Part shown: positions 50,088 through 59,479 of the stretch, in pieces
How positions within the stretch are numbered: position 1 is the stretch's first letter
Layout: each line of letters begins with the position of its first letter
Source: Candidatus Latescibacterota bacterium
Lineage (GTDB): Bacteria; Latescibacterota; CBDEFO01
Direction: 5' to 3'
NCBI GenBank assembly: GCA_965248755.1
Contig: OZ252149.1
Location: forward strand, 3,840,001-3,904,000
Length of the DNA: 64,000 nt
Translations under genes and position numbers: made by a program
Notes under the pieces: generated by a model
Told to the model about the DNA's origin: nothing
Databases searched by the model: none
Seen by the model: the letters and a program-made list of their open reading frames with translations, nothing else

Positions 50088-52807
50088 CAGCTCCTCAGCC
50101 TCTTCCCTTCAGGGTCATAGAATATGTTGGATGTGATCTGAGCGTTAGCCACCTGTCCATCGACATGGATCTGAATCTCCTGTCCATCACCTGATAGCTC
50201 CGGGGGCACCCACGCAAGACCGATGGCCTTGCCGTGGAGGGGGGAAAACCGTACGCTGGTGACTCGACCGACGGGCTTGCCATTTAGCCCAATTGCGTTA
50301 CCGTCTTCGGGAACAACATCGTCCTGCATCACGAATCCGACCGACTTTTCCCGGATTCCGTATTTTTGAATCCGTAGAATCGCCGCCCTGCCGATGAAGT
50401 CCTCCTTTTCCATCTTCGCAGCCCAGAACATATCTGCGCTTATGGGATTGCTCGTGGCGTCAGTGTCTACCCCTACGATGACGTGTCTCTTTTCGAGCCT
50501 CAGAATCCGCTGCGCCTCCACCCCGAAGGGCACTATGCCGAACTCTTTGCCCACCTCCATTATGGCGTCCCACAGATACTCTCCGTATTCGGCGGGGAAG
50601 TGTATCTCCCAGCCCATCTCGCCGACGAATCCGATTCTGAGTAACAGGGAGGGCACGCCCCCCACTTCTCCAAAAGCTCTAAAATGGCTTGTTGCCGACT
50701 CCTCGTCCACCTTACCCATCTCCGCACGACGGCACGCCATATAAGGAAACGCCTTCGTGCTTAGGTCGCAGTGCGTCAGCTTCGAGAGCACATCCCGCGC
50801 CATCGGTCCGGCTACATTGATGGAGGCAAGGCCTCCGGTAACGTTGGTGATGTGGACGCACCAGTCCGTTTCCACTGCCCACCATTCGAGCCATTGCTGC
50901 GCAAATTCAATGTTGCCCGTTGTGGTGGTGATAAAGAAGTGATCGTCGGATAGCCGGGAGATCGTGCCGTCGTCCAGGATGATGCCTGTATCGTCCAGGA
51001 TGACCGAGTAACGCACCCTCCCGATGCGCAGGTCTGACAGGCGATTGGTGTAGACTTTATCCAGGAGCTTGTGGGCGTCTTTCCCCTTCACGTCTAACTT
51101 CCCCAGGGTGCTCACATCGATTATGCCGACTCCCTCTCTAACCGCCCGATATTCCATCTCCACAGCCCCTCTTTGGTCTCCTACATCTTGCTTTTTATAG
51201 TGATGCGCCCGCTTCCACTCGCCCATATCCGTCCACGCGCAGTCCAACTCATCGTGTTTGCTGTCCATGGGCGTGCGCTTAATGGGATGGTGCCGTGCCC
51301 CCGCAAGGGCGCCAAGCGATACGGCCGGAGTCGGAGGACGAGACGTGGTCGTCCCGGTCTCTCCAATCGTCCTTTGGGTCTGGCGCGCACAGATGTCAAT
51401 GGACGCAAGTTTGCACATCTTCCCCTGACAGGGTCCCATCGAGACGGTTGTGTAGCGCTTAAGAGTCTCCATCTGATCGAATCCCTCATCGATGGCATCG
51501 CATATATCCCTGGCCGTCACGTCCTCGCACAGGCAGATGAAGGATTCCTTTGTAAGGGGTCGGGTCGCCTCACGCCGGTGTCTAAGCGACTCACCTGTCG
51601 CATCTCCGACGACGCTGACGTAAGGGGGCAGATCTGCGGGCACGAACGCTCCTTTCTCCTCGTCCCATTCCAGTTTTCCACCTGTCTGGGCGATAAGCCC
51701 CACATCTGGCACCTTGGGGCCACAGACCACGATAAGATCGCAGGCTATGTGCCGATCTTTTGTTTTGATTCCAGCGACCTTCCCGTTGCCCCTGGCTGCC
51801 ACGACATCGCTTGGACAGATAACGGCAGCGATCTCTACGTCTGCCTCTCTAAGGTCATCGGCTACCTGTCCTCCATCCTCTTCGTCTGAGATAATGACGG
51901 CGTTTTCTGCTGGCTTGATGCCGTGAGCGTTCACGAGTCGTTGGATTGCGGTTGAAAACATTATGCCGACCAGGTCGTTGTTTTCAAAGACCATCGGGAC
52001 TTCATAGGCACCGGTCGCCACGGTGATATGCCCTGTCCGCAGGTGAATCAAGCGCTCCTCTCCCTCCGGTCGCAGATTGTGCTGGACGATACCTAAAAGA
52101 TTCCCTTCGTAAAAGCCAAAGCATGAGGCGTCTTTGAGCACGCAAATATTGGGCAGCGCTTCAACCTGATCGGATAGCCTGCGGGCAATTTCAGCGCCCC
52201 GCAGGCCGGACATCCCCTCTCCGTAGCCATCGAAGGTGCACTTTTGATAGTGCAGGTGGCCGCCCAACTCCGGCTGATCATCGATCAGTGTCACACTGCC
52301 GTGGGTCTTAGCAGAATCTATGGCAGCCATTAGCCCAGCGGGCCCGCCTCCGACAATCGCGATGTCAGTTTTCAGGTGAACATGCTCATATTTACTCTGA
52401 GATCTGGAATCTGGGATCTTTCCGAGTCCAGCGACTTTTCTGATTATAGGCTCCACAAAGCGCCACAGATGGGGATTAATAAAGGTCTTGTAGTAGAAGC
52501 CGACTGGCATCAACCAATCGAACCACTTTAACTTGGACAGCCAGTCGTGTTCAAGGGACGGATATGCGTTTTGGTGCTTAACCTGCATCCCCTCACGGAC
52601 AGAGGTGGTGCAGGTGCGGACATTCGGTGTGCCGTTCACGTTCATGAGGCAGTTGGGGCAATTTCCAGCCAGGCAAAGTAGACCCCGAGGACGATGATAC
52701 TTGAAACTGCGGGTGAAAATGCGCATGCCGTTCCGATAGAGCGCTGACGCCACCGTGTCGTCTTCCTGGGCTTGGATCGGTTTACCGTTGAAACAGAAGG
52801 TGATCAT
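50087..52807 (-). CDS. soxA: Sarcosine oxidase alpha / MgdC
   Basis: RSFKYHRPRG, 2Fe-2S Cys, GGGPAG, CLCEDV, KRYT...MGPCQGK, GcvT C-terminal domain. Confidence 0.88.
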   Translation of the reverse strand: MITFCFNGKPIQAQEDDTVASALYRNGMRIFTRSFKYHRPRGLLCLAGNCPNCLMNVNGTPNVRTCTTSVREGMQVKHQNAYPSLEHDWLSKLKWFDWLMPVGFYYKTFINPHLWRFVEPIIRKVAGLGKIPDSRSQSKYEHVHLKTDIAIVGGGPAGLMAAIDSAKTHGSVTLIDDQPELGGHLHYQKCTFDGYGEGMSGLRGAEIARRLSDQVEALPNICVLKDASCFGFYEGNLLGIVQHNLRPEGEERLIHLRTGHITVATGAYEVPMVFENNDLVGIMFSTAIQRLVNAHGIKPAENAVIISDEEDGGQVADDLREADVEIAAVICPSDVVAARGNGKVAGIKTKDRHIACDLIVVCGPKVPDVGLIAQTGGKLEWDEEKGAFVPADLPPYVSVVGDATGESLRHRREATRPLTKESFICLCEDVTARDICDAIDEGFDQMETLKRYTTVSMGPCQGKMCKLASIDICARQTQRTIGETGTTTSRPPTPAVSLGALAGARHHPIKRTPMDSKHDELDCAWTDMGEWKRAHHYKKQDVGDQRGAVEMEYRAVREGVGIIDVSTLGKLDVKGKDAHKLLDKVYTNRLSDLRIGRVRYSVILDDTGIILDDGTISRLSDDHFFITTTTGNIEFAQQWLEWWAVETDWCVHITNVTGGLASINVAGPMARDVLSKLTHCDLSTKAFPYMACRRAEMGKVDEESATSHFRAFGEVGGVPSLLLRIGFVGEMGWEIHFPAEYGEYLWDAIMEVGKEFGIVPFGVEAQRILRLEKRHVIVGVDTDATSNPISADMFWAAKMEKEDFIGRAAILRIQKYGIREKSVGFVMQDDVVPEDGNAIGLNGKPVGRVTSVRFSPLHGKAIGLAWVPPELSGDGQEIQIHVDGQVANAQITSNIFYDPEGKRLRS

Positions 52808-52875
52808 CTCTTTCCCAAATCTGTAGGGGCGAGATCTACTCCGCCCTCACATTTATCTGTTACTAAAATAGAGAG

Positions 52876-53151
52876 TCAAGTCTCTGCGGACTGTCGTTTG
52901 ACCTCAGGCAAAAACGTCTCCAGTACCTCGTTAGTCATTGTGTTCCGCAGGGCAAAGAACCACTGCCGACAACCGAGGGAATGGTACCACCATTCTTTTT
53001 GAACACCGGCCTCATTCTCTTTGTAATAACCGTATTGCAGCCACTCCTCCTGAGTCGCATCTGAAGCCGGGCGCGGCTTTACGGCTTCACCGAAGCGAAA
53101 TTCATATACGTTGCGGTCGCCGCAGTTGGGACAAAGTAATAGAAAGGACAC
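52876..53151 (-). CDS. soxD: Sarcosine oxidase delta / MgdB
   Basis: CPNCG.R...EF, EWWYH..GC..WF...RNT. Confidence 0.88.
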   Translation of the reverse strand: MSFLLLCPNCGDRNVYEFRFGEAVKPRPASDATQEEWLQYGYYKENEAGVQKEWWYHSLGCRQWFFALRNTMTNEVLETFLPEVKRQSAET

Positions 53152-53259
53152 TGTATTCTACCTCATCTATTTTTCCGATCTTTCTTTCTGCGAGATTGCT
53201 TCGCTGCCCCCGGCTAAATCGGGGGTGCCAATGACATTGTCTGACGTTGACCTTTATGG

Positions 53260-53648
53260 TCATTGCGAGCGGCAAAGCCCCCGTTTTAAGAATGAACGAA
53301 TTCCCTCTCCAGACAAGGGTTCATCCTTAAAACGGGGAATAACGTGCATGTGAGCATGGAAGACCTCTTGGCCTCCAACTCTTTCACAATTCCAACCAAT
53401 GTTGTAGCCGTCTGGTTGAAAGTTATCGTCCATCCATGATTTCACCGTTTTGAGAAGTTCAAATGTCGCTATTATTTCTTCTCGAGTAAGTTCAAATACT
53501 GTTCTCCTATGTTTTACTGGAATAATAATCCCAGAATGCCTTAAAGCTCCTTAAGGTATTTTTCATTTTCGACGTATAGGAAAATGTCGTTGCAAAAAAT
53601 AACTTTGTTATCATGGTCGTTTTCTATTGGAGAGTAAGGGCAAACCAT
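53260..53648 (-). pseudogene. HIT family hydrolase, frameshifted
   Basis: PDGYNIGWN...GQEVFHAHMHVIPRF; upstream MVCPY... and GIIIPVKH lie in shifted frames. Confidence 0.75.
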
Positions 53649-53780
53649 CGTGAATGATTTCTTTAGTGAGTTTTCATTACACATACCAGCCACGTATAAG
53701 CGGTGTGAAGGGGGATACCGCCTGAATAAGGAGGTGCTCCTGCTATCTCATTCCTGCCAGATCGTCTCAGTGACAAAAGC

Positions 53781-53834
53781 GAGATTGCTTCCCCCCGCCC
53801 CCCGATAGAGTCAATCGGGGGCGCTCGCAATGAC
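53781..53834. repeat. GAGATTGC...GCAATGAC palindromic repeat family (representative copy)
   Basis: Related copies near 28059, 31610, 47995, 48065, 53192, 53259. Confidence 0.75.
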
Positions 53835-53985
53835 TGTTAGGACGAGGAAGTGTCTCCCTGTTTACTGTTTACAATGGCTTTAGTTGCACTTTGTAGTTCG
53901 ACTTCATCCGGCTCCAGAGACATCACTACATTTTTCCAGAAGTTTAACATCTTTTGGCGGCATGAGGAACCGAAATCCAGATTCT

Positions 53986-54357
53986 TCATGCACTACCGCA
54001 TGAGTATTTCGTGCCACAACTTCGACAGACGATATTCTGATTCTTGGGATCGCAACTGAGCATCAAACGGTTGCATACCTTACACCAGGTCCTGCAGCCC
54101 AACATATCGATATCCATTGACTTCTTCTCACCGCTGAAGTCATCAAAGACAGTATTGTATTTCATACAAACTAGAATTCCCTGGTGCCTGCGAGTTCGGC
54201 GCTCATAATCGAGAAAATAGCTCAGGACTGCCTGTCGGGCTTCCGATGAGAGCTTTCGGAGTGGAGTCAATTTCGAGTTGCCACAAAATTGGCAGAGGCA
54301 GCCGACAAAATTGACGAGCCACTTCAATACAAGAGGCAAAACCCAAAAATGCCACAA
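53986..54357 (-). CDS. Hypothetical Cys-rich (Zn-ribbon-like) protein
   Basis: CQFC, CMKY, CKVC and CRSC motifs; the 5' end may lie in the 54203-54388 frame. Confidence 0.35.
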   Translation of the reverse strand: MWHFWVLPLVLKWLVNFVGCLCQFCGNSKLTPLRKLSSEARQAVLSYFLDYERRTRRHQGILVCMKYNTVFDDFSGEKKSMDIDMLGCRTWCKVCNRLMLSCDPKNQNIVCRSCGTKYSCGSA

Positions 54358-54473
54358 TTAGGGCAACTATCGACATGGTGAAATCCACATCAAGCCTTGT
54401 CCTTCTTCTCTTTGATCCATGGGCTTCGCCTGTGATGGCCCTCTCGGCTCAATCGTAATTACGCAGAGTGGGT

Positions 54474-55121
54474 CTATTCCCTACTCAAATTCGACCTAAC
54501 ATACGAAACAGCATTTCCGCTCTTTCCCACTGATTCTATAGCCCCCATTTTGCGCAAGCAATAGGCCATTTTCTGAGCCATCGACTTAGCTGTGGCCAAG
54601 GCCTCCGCGAGCTCTAATGTGGTGAAGGCGTCAGACAGATCGGATGGGATGAGGGCCCCGAAGTCAGCCGGAGTTTCGAACAGACGCCGATCCAGCACCC
54701 GAATGAGTCTGCGCTCGTGCGTTACCCAGCCGTTCCTTCTCCAGGCTCTGCCTCTTTCGTGTCGCCGCAACTCCTCTTCCTGGATGAAGATTACGTCTAT
54801 AGAAAAGTTGGAATTAGAGAGCAACTCGGGAAAGCTCACGAGCTCCTCAAAGACCTGGATAACGCTGCCACGTTTCGGTGACTTTCTACGTCCCAGATAG
54901 TGCCCGGCGTCTTCTGACACCTTCACGATCCACTTTTCCTGTGCTATCGGGTAGATTAACCGAACGTAATGGCAAGCCGCAAGGGTTTTCAATTTCCGCT
55001 TAATGACTGAAAAGTTACGACTCTGAATCTCCACCAAGAGATTACCTCGAACCAGGTCGACGATGAAGCCGTCCACGACTACCTCAAACCGATCGCAAGG
55101 TCGGGAGTACCACTCCTTCAA
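54474..55121 (-). CDS. PD-(D/E)XK nuclease-like hypothetical protein, probably 5'-truncated
   Basis: E....G...D......VEIQ motif; HAALKEWY preceded by an in-frame TGA. Confidence 0.55.
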   Translation of the reverse strand: MKEWYSRPCDRFEVVVDGFIVDLVRGNLLVEIQSRNFSVIKRKLKTLAACHYVRLIYPIAQEKWIVKVSEDAGHYLGRRKSPKRGSVIQVFEELVSFPELLSNSNFSIDVIFIQEEELRRHERGRAWRRNGWVTHERRLIRVLDRRLFETPADFGALIPSDLSDAFTTLELAEALATAKSMAQKMAYCLRKMGAIESVGKSGNAVSYVRSNLSRE

Positions 55122-55151
55122 AGCGGCGTGACGCCGTCACCGGGTCGTTAT

Positions 55152-56504
55152 CTACTTTTCCACCCAGCCTGGACCTCCTCCGAAGACCCTGTTTGTACCG
55201 GCAAGCGGGATACCGCAGATCATAGACGCCTCAAGGGTCAGGGCGCGCATGTCTTCAGGGTCGAGGTTGTGCACGTTGGCCTTGCCGCAGGCTCGGGCAA
55301 GTAACTGAATCTCCGAAGTCATCGCCCTCAAGAGATTGGCGGTGCGCTCCGCACCTTCGTCGATGTCGAGGCGCTGCATCAGCTCGGGGTCCTGCGTTGT
55401 GATTCCGACAGGACAGAGTCCCGTGTGGCAGTGGTGACAATGATAGGGTTCGGTTCCCAGTTTTTGGTAGTCCTCGACGTAAAGCGGTTTGTTGCAGTTG
55501 AGCGCAATCAGGGCCGCTGTGCCGATATAGACAGCGTCGGCCCCCAGGGCTAAAGCCTTTGCAGCGTCCACGCCGTTTCGGATGCCGCCTGCGATGATCA
55601 GTTGTACCTCTCCATATAGTCCCAGGTCTTCGAGCGCCGCTCGAGCCTCACACACAGCAGATAGGGTGGGGATTCCCGTATGTTCTTGACAGATCTCAGG
55701 CGAAGCTGCTGTGCCCCCCTCCATGCCGTCCACGACGATGACATCCGCGCCCGCCTTTGCCGCCAATCTAACGTCGTCAAAGGTGCGTGATGCGCCCATC
55801 TTAACGAAAATTGGCACCTGCCAGTCGGTGGCTTCGCGAAGTTCCTCAATTTTGATAACCATGTCGTCTGGACCCAGGAAGTCCGGATGCCGCGCTGGGC
55901 TGCGCTGGTCGACGCCGATGGGAAGGTCACGCTGCTGGGCAATCTCGTCTGAGACCTTCAAATTCAGCAGCAGCCCGCCAGTACCCGGTTTTGCTCCCTG
56001 TCCGATCGTCAGCTCAATGCCGTCTGCCATCTTCAAGTGATGGATGTCTATACCATATCTGGACGGCAGCACCTCGTAGATGAGCACGTAGCTGTGCTCC
56101 CGCTCTGCCATCAGCATGCCGCCGTCTCCCGTCGTATTGGACGAACCGACCATTCTTGCGCCCTTTGCAAGTGCGACTTTGGCGTTGTAGGAGAGCGCTC
56201 CCCAGCTCATTCCCGTAATCATGATCGGCAGATCCAGTTCAATCGGCTTTTCGGCAAATCGCGTGCCCAACACGGTTTTTGTTGAGCACCGTTCGCGGTA
56301 GCCCTCAAGAGGGATGCGCGTCAGGGTGCAGGGGATAAACGTCAGATCATCAAATGTCGCCCAGCGCCGCTCCTTAAGAGTCCCGAACCCACGAATACGG
56401 TATCGTCCCAACTCTGCCTTCGTCTGGATATCCTCGACGACTTCGGCGGTGAACGTCGCACTCTGACGGAGGGTTTGACCGTTACGGATTATATCCTCAG
56501 ACAT
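55152..56504 (-). CDS. mgsC: FMN-binding glutamate synthase family protein / N-methylglutamate synthase C (GlxD)
   Basis: GMSWGALS, TTGDGGM, GQGAKPG.GG, DQRSP.RHPD, C..CHTG.CP.GI.TQ. Confidence 0.87.
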   Translation of the reverse strand: MSEDIIRNGQTLRQSATFTAEVVEDIQTKAELGRYRIRGFGTLKERRWATFDDLTFIPCTLTRIPLEGYRERCSTKTVLGTRFAEKPIELDLPIMITGMSWGALSYNAKVALAKGARMVGSSNTTGDGGMLMAEREHSYVLIYEVLPSRYGIDIHHLKMADGIELTIGQGAKPGTGGLLLNLKVSDEIAQQRDLPIGVDQRSPARHPDFLGPDDMVIKIEELREATDWQVPIFVKMGASRTFDDVRLAAKAGADVIVVDGMEGGTAASPEICQEHTGIPTLSAVCEARAALEDLGLYGEVQLIIAGGIRNGVDAAKALALGADAVYIGTAALIALNCNKPLYVEDYQKLGTEPYHCHHCHTGLCPVGITTQDPELMQRLDIDEGAERTANLLRAMTSEIQLLARACGKANVHNLDPEDMRALTLEASMICGIPLAGTNRVFGGGPGWVEK

Positions 56505-56639
56505 TGTGATTTTTCCTATTTTCCCTCAATGTTCAGGGGCGAGGTCGCCTCGCCCAAACGTTGGGTTGCCGAGCCTCTACACTATTTTCAAGGCAGACAC
56601 ACCAGTTTGTTCCTATTTGCTCTTTTAAAGAGCCTCCTG

Positions 56640-57347
56640 CTAAAGAGCCTCCTGCCAAGTCTCCCACTCTCGTTTATCGAAGTTCCACAGCTTACGCCCG
56701 GAGACGACCTTTTTGAAATCTTGATTCGCAGGTTTCGTCGGAAGATAAGCCGATAGTGTGGATTCAAGAAATGCCATGTCCTCCGCTGTCGGTTTTTCAA
56801 CAACAGCGTCGTTGCCAAGCTCAGCAATATTTCCGCCGACAAAGCAGACGGCTTCATACATCGAGTCAGCAAAGGCCTCGCCTGCATCGCCACAGATAAT
56901 CAATGTCCCCTTCTGCGCCATGAAACCCGCCATGTAGCCACAGTTGCCAGAAATAAGAACTATTCCACCTTTCATCGAAACGCCTGCCCTGGCCGCGGCA
57001 TCGCCGTGGACGATAACTGTCCCACCGCGAATAGAAGCGGCAGCTCCATTGCCCACGCTGCCTTGGACTATAACTTCTCCATTCATCATAGACTCGGCCG
57101 TGCCCCAGCCAGCACTGCCGTTGATTTCCACGCAGGGGCCGTCAATCATCCCGGCGCAGTAGTAGCCAACGCTGCCATCAAACGTGATCTTGACTTTCTC
57201 TAATATTGCTACGCCCAGATTGTGCCGACTGCCGGGGTTCTTCACAAGGATGTCGGTTTGGCCCCCCGCAATGAGGCCTTTGATCTCGCAGTTGATGTCG
57301 CGGGTAGTTTTGCCGTCGCAGATTATGTCTGCGCTCATGTCTGCCAT
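56640..57347 (-). CDS. mgsB: GXGXG-domain protein / N-methylglutamate synthase B (GlxC)
   Basis: GSVGYYCAGM, repeated GXG motifs, SGRKLWNF. Confidence 0.87.
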   Translation of the reverse strand: MADMSADIICDGKTTRDINCEIKGLIAGGQTDILVKNPGSRHNLGVAILEKVKITFDGSVGYYCAGMIDGPCVEINGSAGWGTAESMMNGEVIVQGSVGNGAAASIRGGTVIVHGDAAARAGVSMKGGIVLISGNCGYMAGFMAQKGTLIICGDAGEAFADSMYEAVCFVGGNIAELGNDAVVEKPTAEDMAFLESTLSAYLPTKPANQDFKKVVSGRKLWNFDKREWETWQEAL

Positions 57348-57453
57348 TCTTAATCTTTTCCCGTCTGCTGGGCGAGGGAAACTCGCCCCTACATTATTTT
57401 CAGGGCAGACACATGGGTCTGCCCCTACAGTCTTAGCCGTTGCCTTTCCCTGT

Positions 57454-58365
57454 CTACTTGATCTCCCATACTTGAACTTCCTTCGCCTGTGCCTCGCGCA
57501 CCTCGTATGATCCCTTTAAGGCAGAGCGAATCGCAATCTCCTCGGTGGCAACAGCCACAAATGCCTCTGTTTGGGTAAAGAGCAGTGGTTTGAAAGCGAA
57601 GGGATCTTTGGCAAATCCTAAGGCATCAGAGGTTGCCGCAAGGTAGCTGAATGAACCGTCGAGGTCCCTTACTGAGGCTGTCAAGGCTTCTTCAAGTGTC
57701 ATCCCCTGTGATAGTCGTTCGGCAAGATAGACGCCGATAATTTCGGAGTCGTTCTCGGTCCAGAATCTTACCCCCTGTTGTTCGTATTGTCGGCGCATTT
57801 TGTGGTAGTTGGTGATGTGTCCATTGTGGACGATAGATAGGTCAGGATAGCCGTGCGCCCAAAATGGCTGTGAGTGGCTCAAATCCACAACAGATTCAGT
57901 GGAAAGCCTCGTGTGTCCAATGCCGTGTGCCCCGACGAACTTCGAGATACCGTAGGCAGCATCCAGGTTCTGTGGGCTACCGACCTGCTTGACGATTTCA
58001 AGTTTGCGTCCTATGCTCACAACTTGAATGTCGTCATCCACAGTTTGGATGAGTCGCTCCAACTTATGCAGGTCACCTCGGTAGTCCATGACAAGCCGGA
58101 GATACTCAGCAGTTGTGGAGTTCTCTTTTAGTTCACCGAGCGAGCGCAGTCGTTGGGAAATTATTTGAGTCTGCTCATCAAAGGGGACCTTTTCTCCCAG
58201 CTTGACCTGCAGCACAAAGTCGCCGTTATGACGGCTGCCGTAAAGGGCCACGCCCGCCGAATCAGGGCCTCGACATCCCAGGGCATCCAGCATACTGAGG
58301 ATCGTTTGCCCCAGTGAAGCCTGCTCATTTCCAGTCTTGTCCCAAAAGCCAACTATGCCACACAT
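57454..58365 (-). CDS. mgsA: Class II glutamine amidotransferase / N-methylglutamate synthase A (GlxB)
   Basis: MCGIVG, RGPDSAG, GHTR.STES, VHNG. Confidence 0.87.
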   Translation of the reverse strand: MCGIVGFWDKTGNEQASLGQTILSMLDALGCRGPDSAGVALYGSRHNGDFVLQVKLGEKVPFDEQTQIISQRLRSLGELKENSTTAEYLRLVMDYRGDLHKLERLIQTVDDDIQVVSIGRKLEIVKQVGSPQNLDAAYGISKFVGAHGIGHTRLSTESVVDLSHSQPFWAHGYPDLSIVHNGHITNYHKMRRQYEQQGVRFWTENDSEIIGVYLAERLSQGMTLEEALTASVRDLDGSFSYLAATSDALGFAKDPFAFKPLLFTQTEAFVAVATEEIAIRSALKGSYEVREAQAKEVQVWEIK

Positions 58366-58726
58366 GGTTTCGTTTCAATCCTTCAATTTATATGATTAGT
58401 CTATCAATATTCTCACTAATATAAGAGCTAGCCAACAACTGCACCAAAGTTTAGACCTGCTTCAATAGTTTCTTAACATTCTTGCATACGATCCACGATC
58501 AAAGACCAAGTGGAGAGCATCCAGATCGTATTTACATTGAAAACTCTTGACGTAAGCTCTAATAATCACTATCAGATACTATTCCTTATCGTAATGCAAG
58601 TAGCATGTTCAAAATGGAATCCGTCGCATCGTTAAGCCTACAGTATATATTGACAAGCTGGAACAGTCCAGGACAATTTTCTGCCTTGTTCGAGGCCTTT
58701 TGAAGAAAAGAAGAGAGACAGATATT

Positions 58727-59479
58727 TCAGCGGTACTGCTCCAGATTCCCCTTGTATGTCAGTCCCAACACGTCACGTGATCGCGCTACATTACAGGTAT
58801 CGTCAGCCTCAGGCGTCCCCACAATATGAAAGATATCGAAGTCTATCGTCTCCGATTCTATCGCCAAGCGGCAGGCCTCTGCAAGGTCGTGTCGGCAGAC
58901 CAGTCCGTTTCTGTAAGATCCCTGTATGTTCTCCTTGCCCGTCCCGATTCCCAATCGGCTGTCCACGATGTAATCCGGCCTCAGCACGATGATGCGCATG
59001 CCGTGGGCTTCATGAAACTGGCGGCACATCTCCTCCTGCAGCCGTTTGGTGACAGCATACAGACTCGCATCTGGCCTCCTCACCTCAGAGGTAAAAAACA
59101 CGCCCTTCGGATGCACCGTCTGACACGACCCAACGTGTGCGATACGATTGATGCCACGCTGTCGCGCCGATTCAAACACGTTCCACAAACCCTTGAGGTT
59201 AACAAGAAAGGGCTGCTGGTCGTCCTCAATACGCGGCCCCGAAGGGTGACGGACCGCCAGATGAATGATGGCATCCATCCCCTTTGTGGCAGAGTGCACA
59301 GTTTTGAAATCCGCAATATCACCGTGAACAATATTACCGTGCCATTCTTCGTCCTCCTCCTTCCAAGCATCCCACGCGGACGGAGAGTATTCAAAGGCGC
59401 GGATTTCGTGTTTACCCTCCAAATTCGTCAGTACAGCCCTGCCAGTCCATCCGGCAGCGCCAAATACCACAACTTTCAT
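58727..59479 (-). CDS. NAD-dependent epimerase/dehydratase
   Basis: GAAGWTG, HLA, YAVTK. Confidence 0.88.
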   Translation of the reverse strand: MKVVVFGAAGWTGRAVLTNLEGKHEIRAFEYSPSAWDAWKEEDEEWHGNIVHGDIADFKTVHSATKGMDAIIHLAVRHPSGPRIEDDQQPFLVNLKGLWNVFESARQRGINRIAHVGSCQTVHPKGVFFTSEVRRPDASLYAVTKRLQEEMCRQFHEAHGMRIIVLRPDYIVDSRLGIGTGKENIQGSYRNGLVCRHDLAEACRLAIESETIDFDIFHIVGTPEADDTCNVARSRDVLGLTYKGNLEQYR

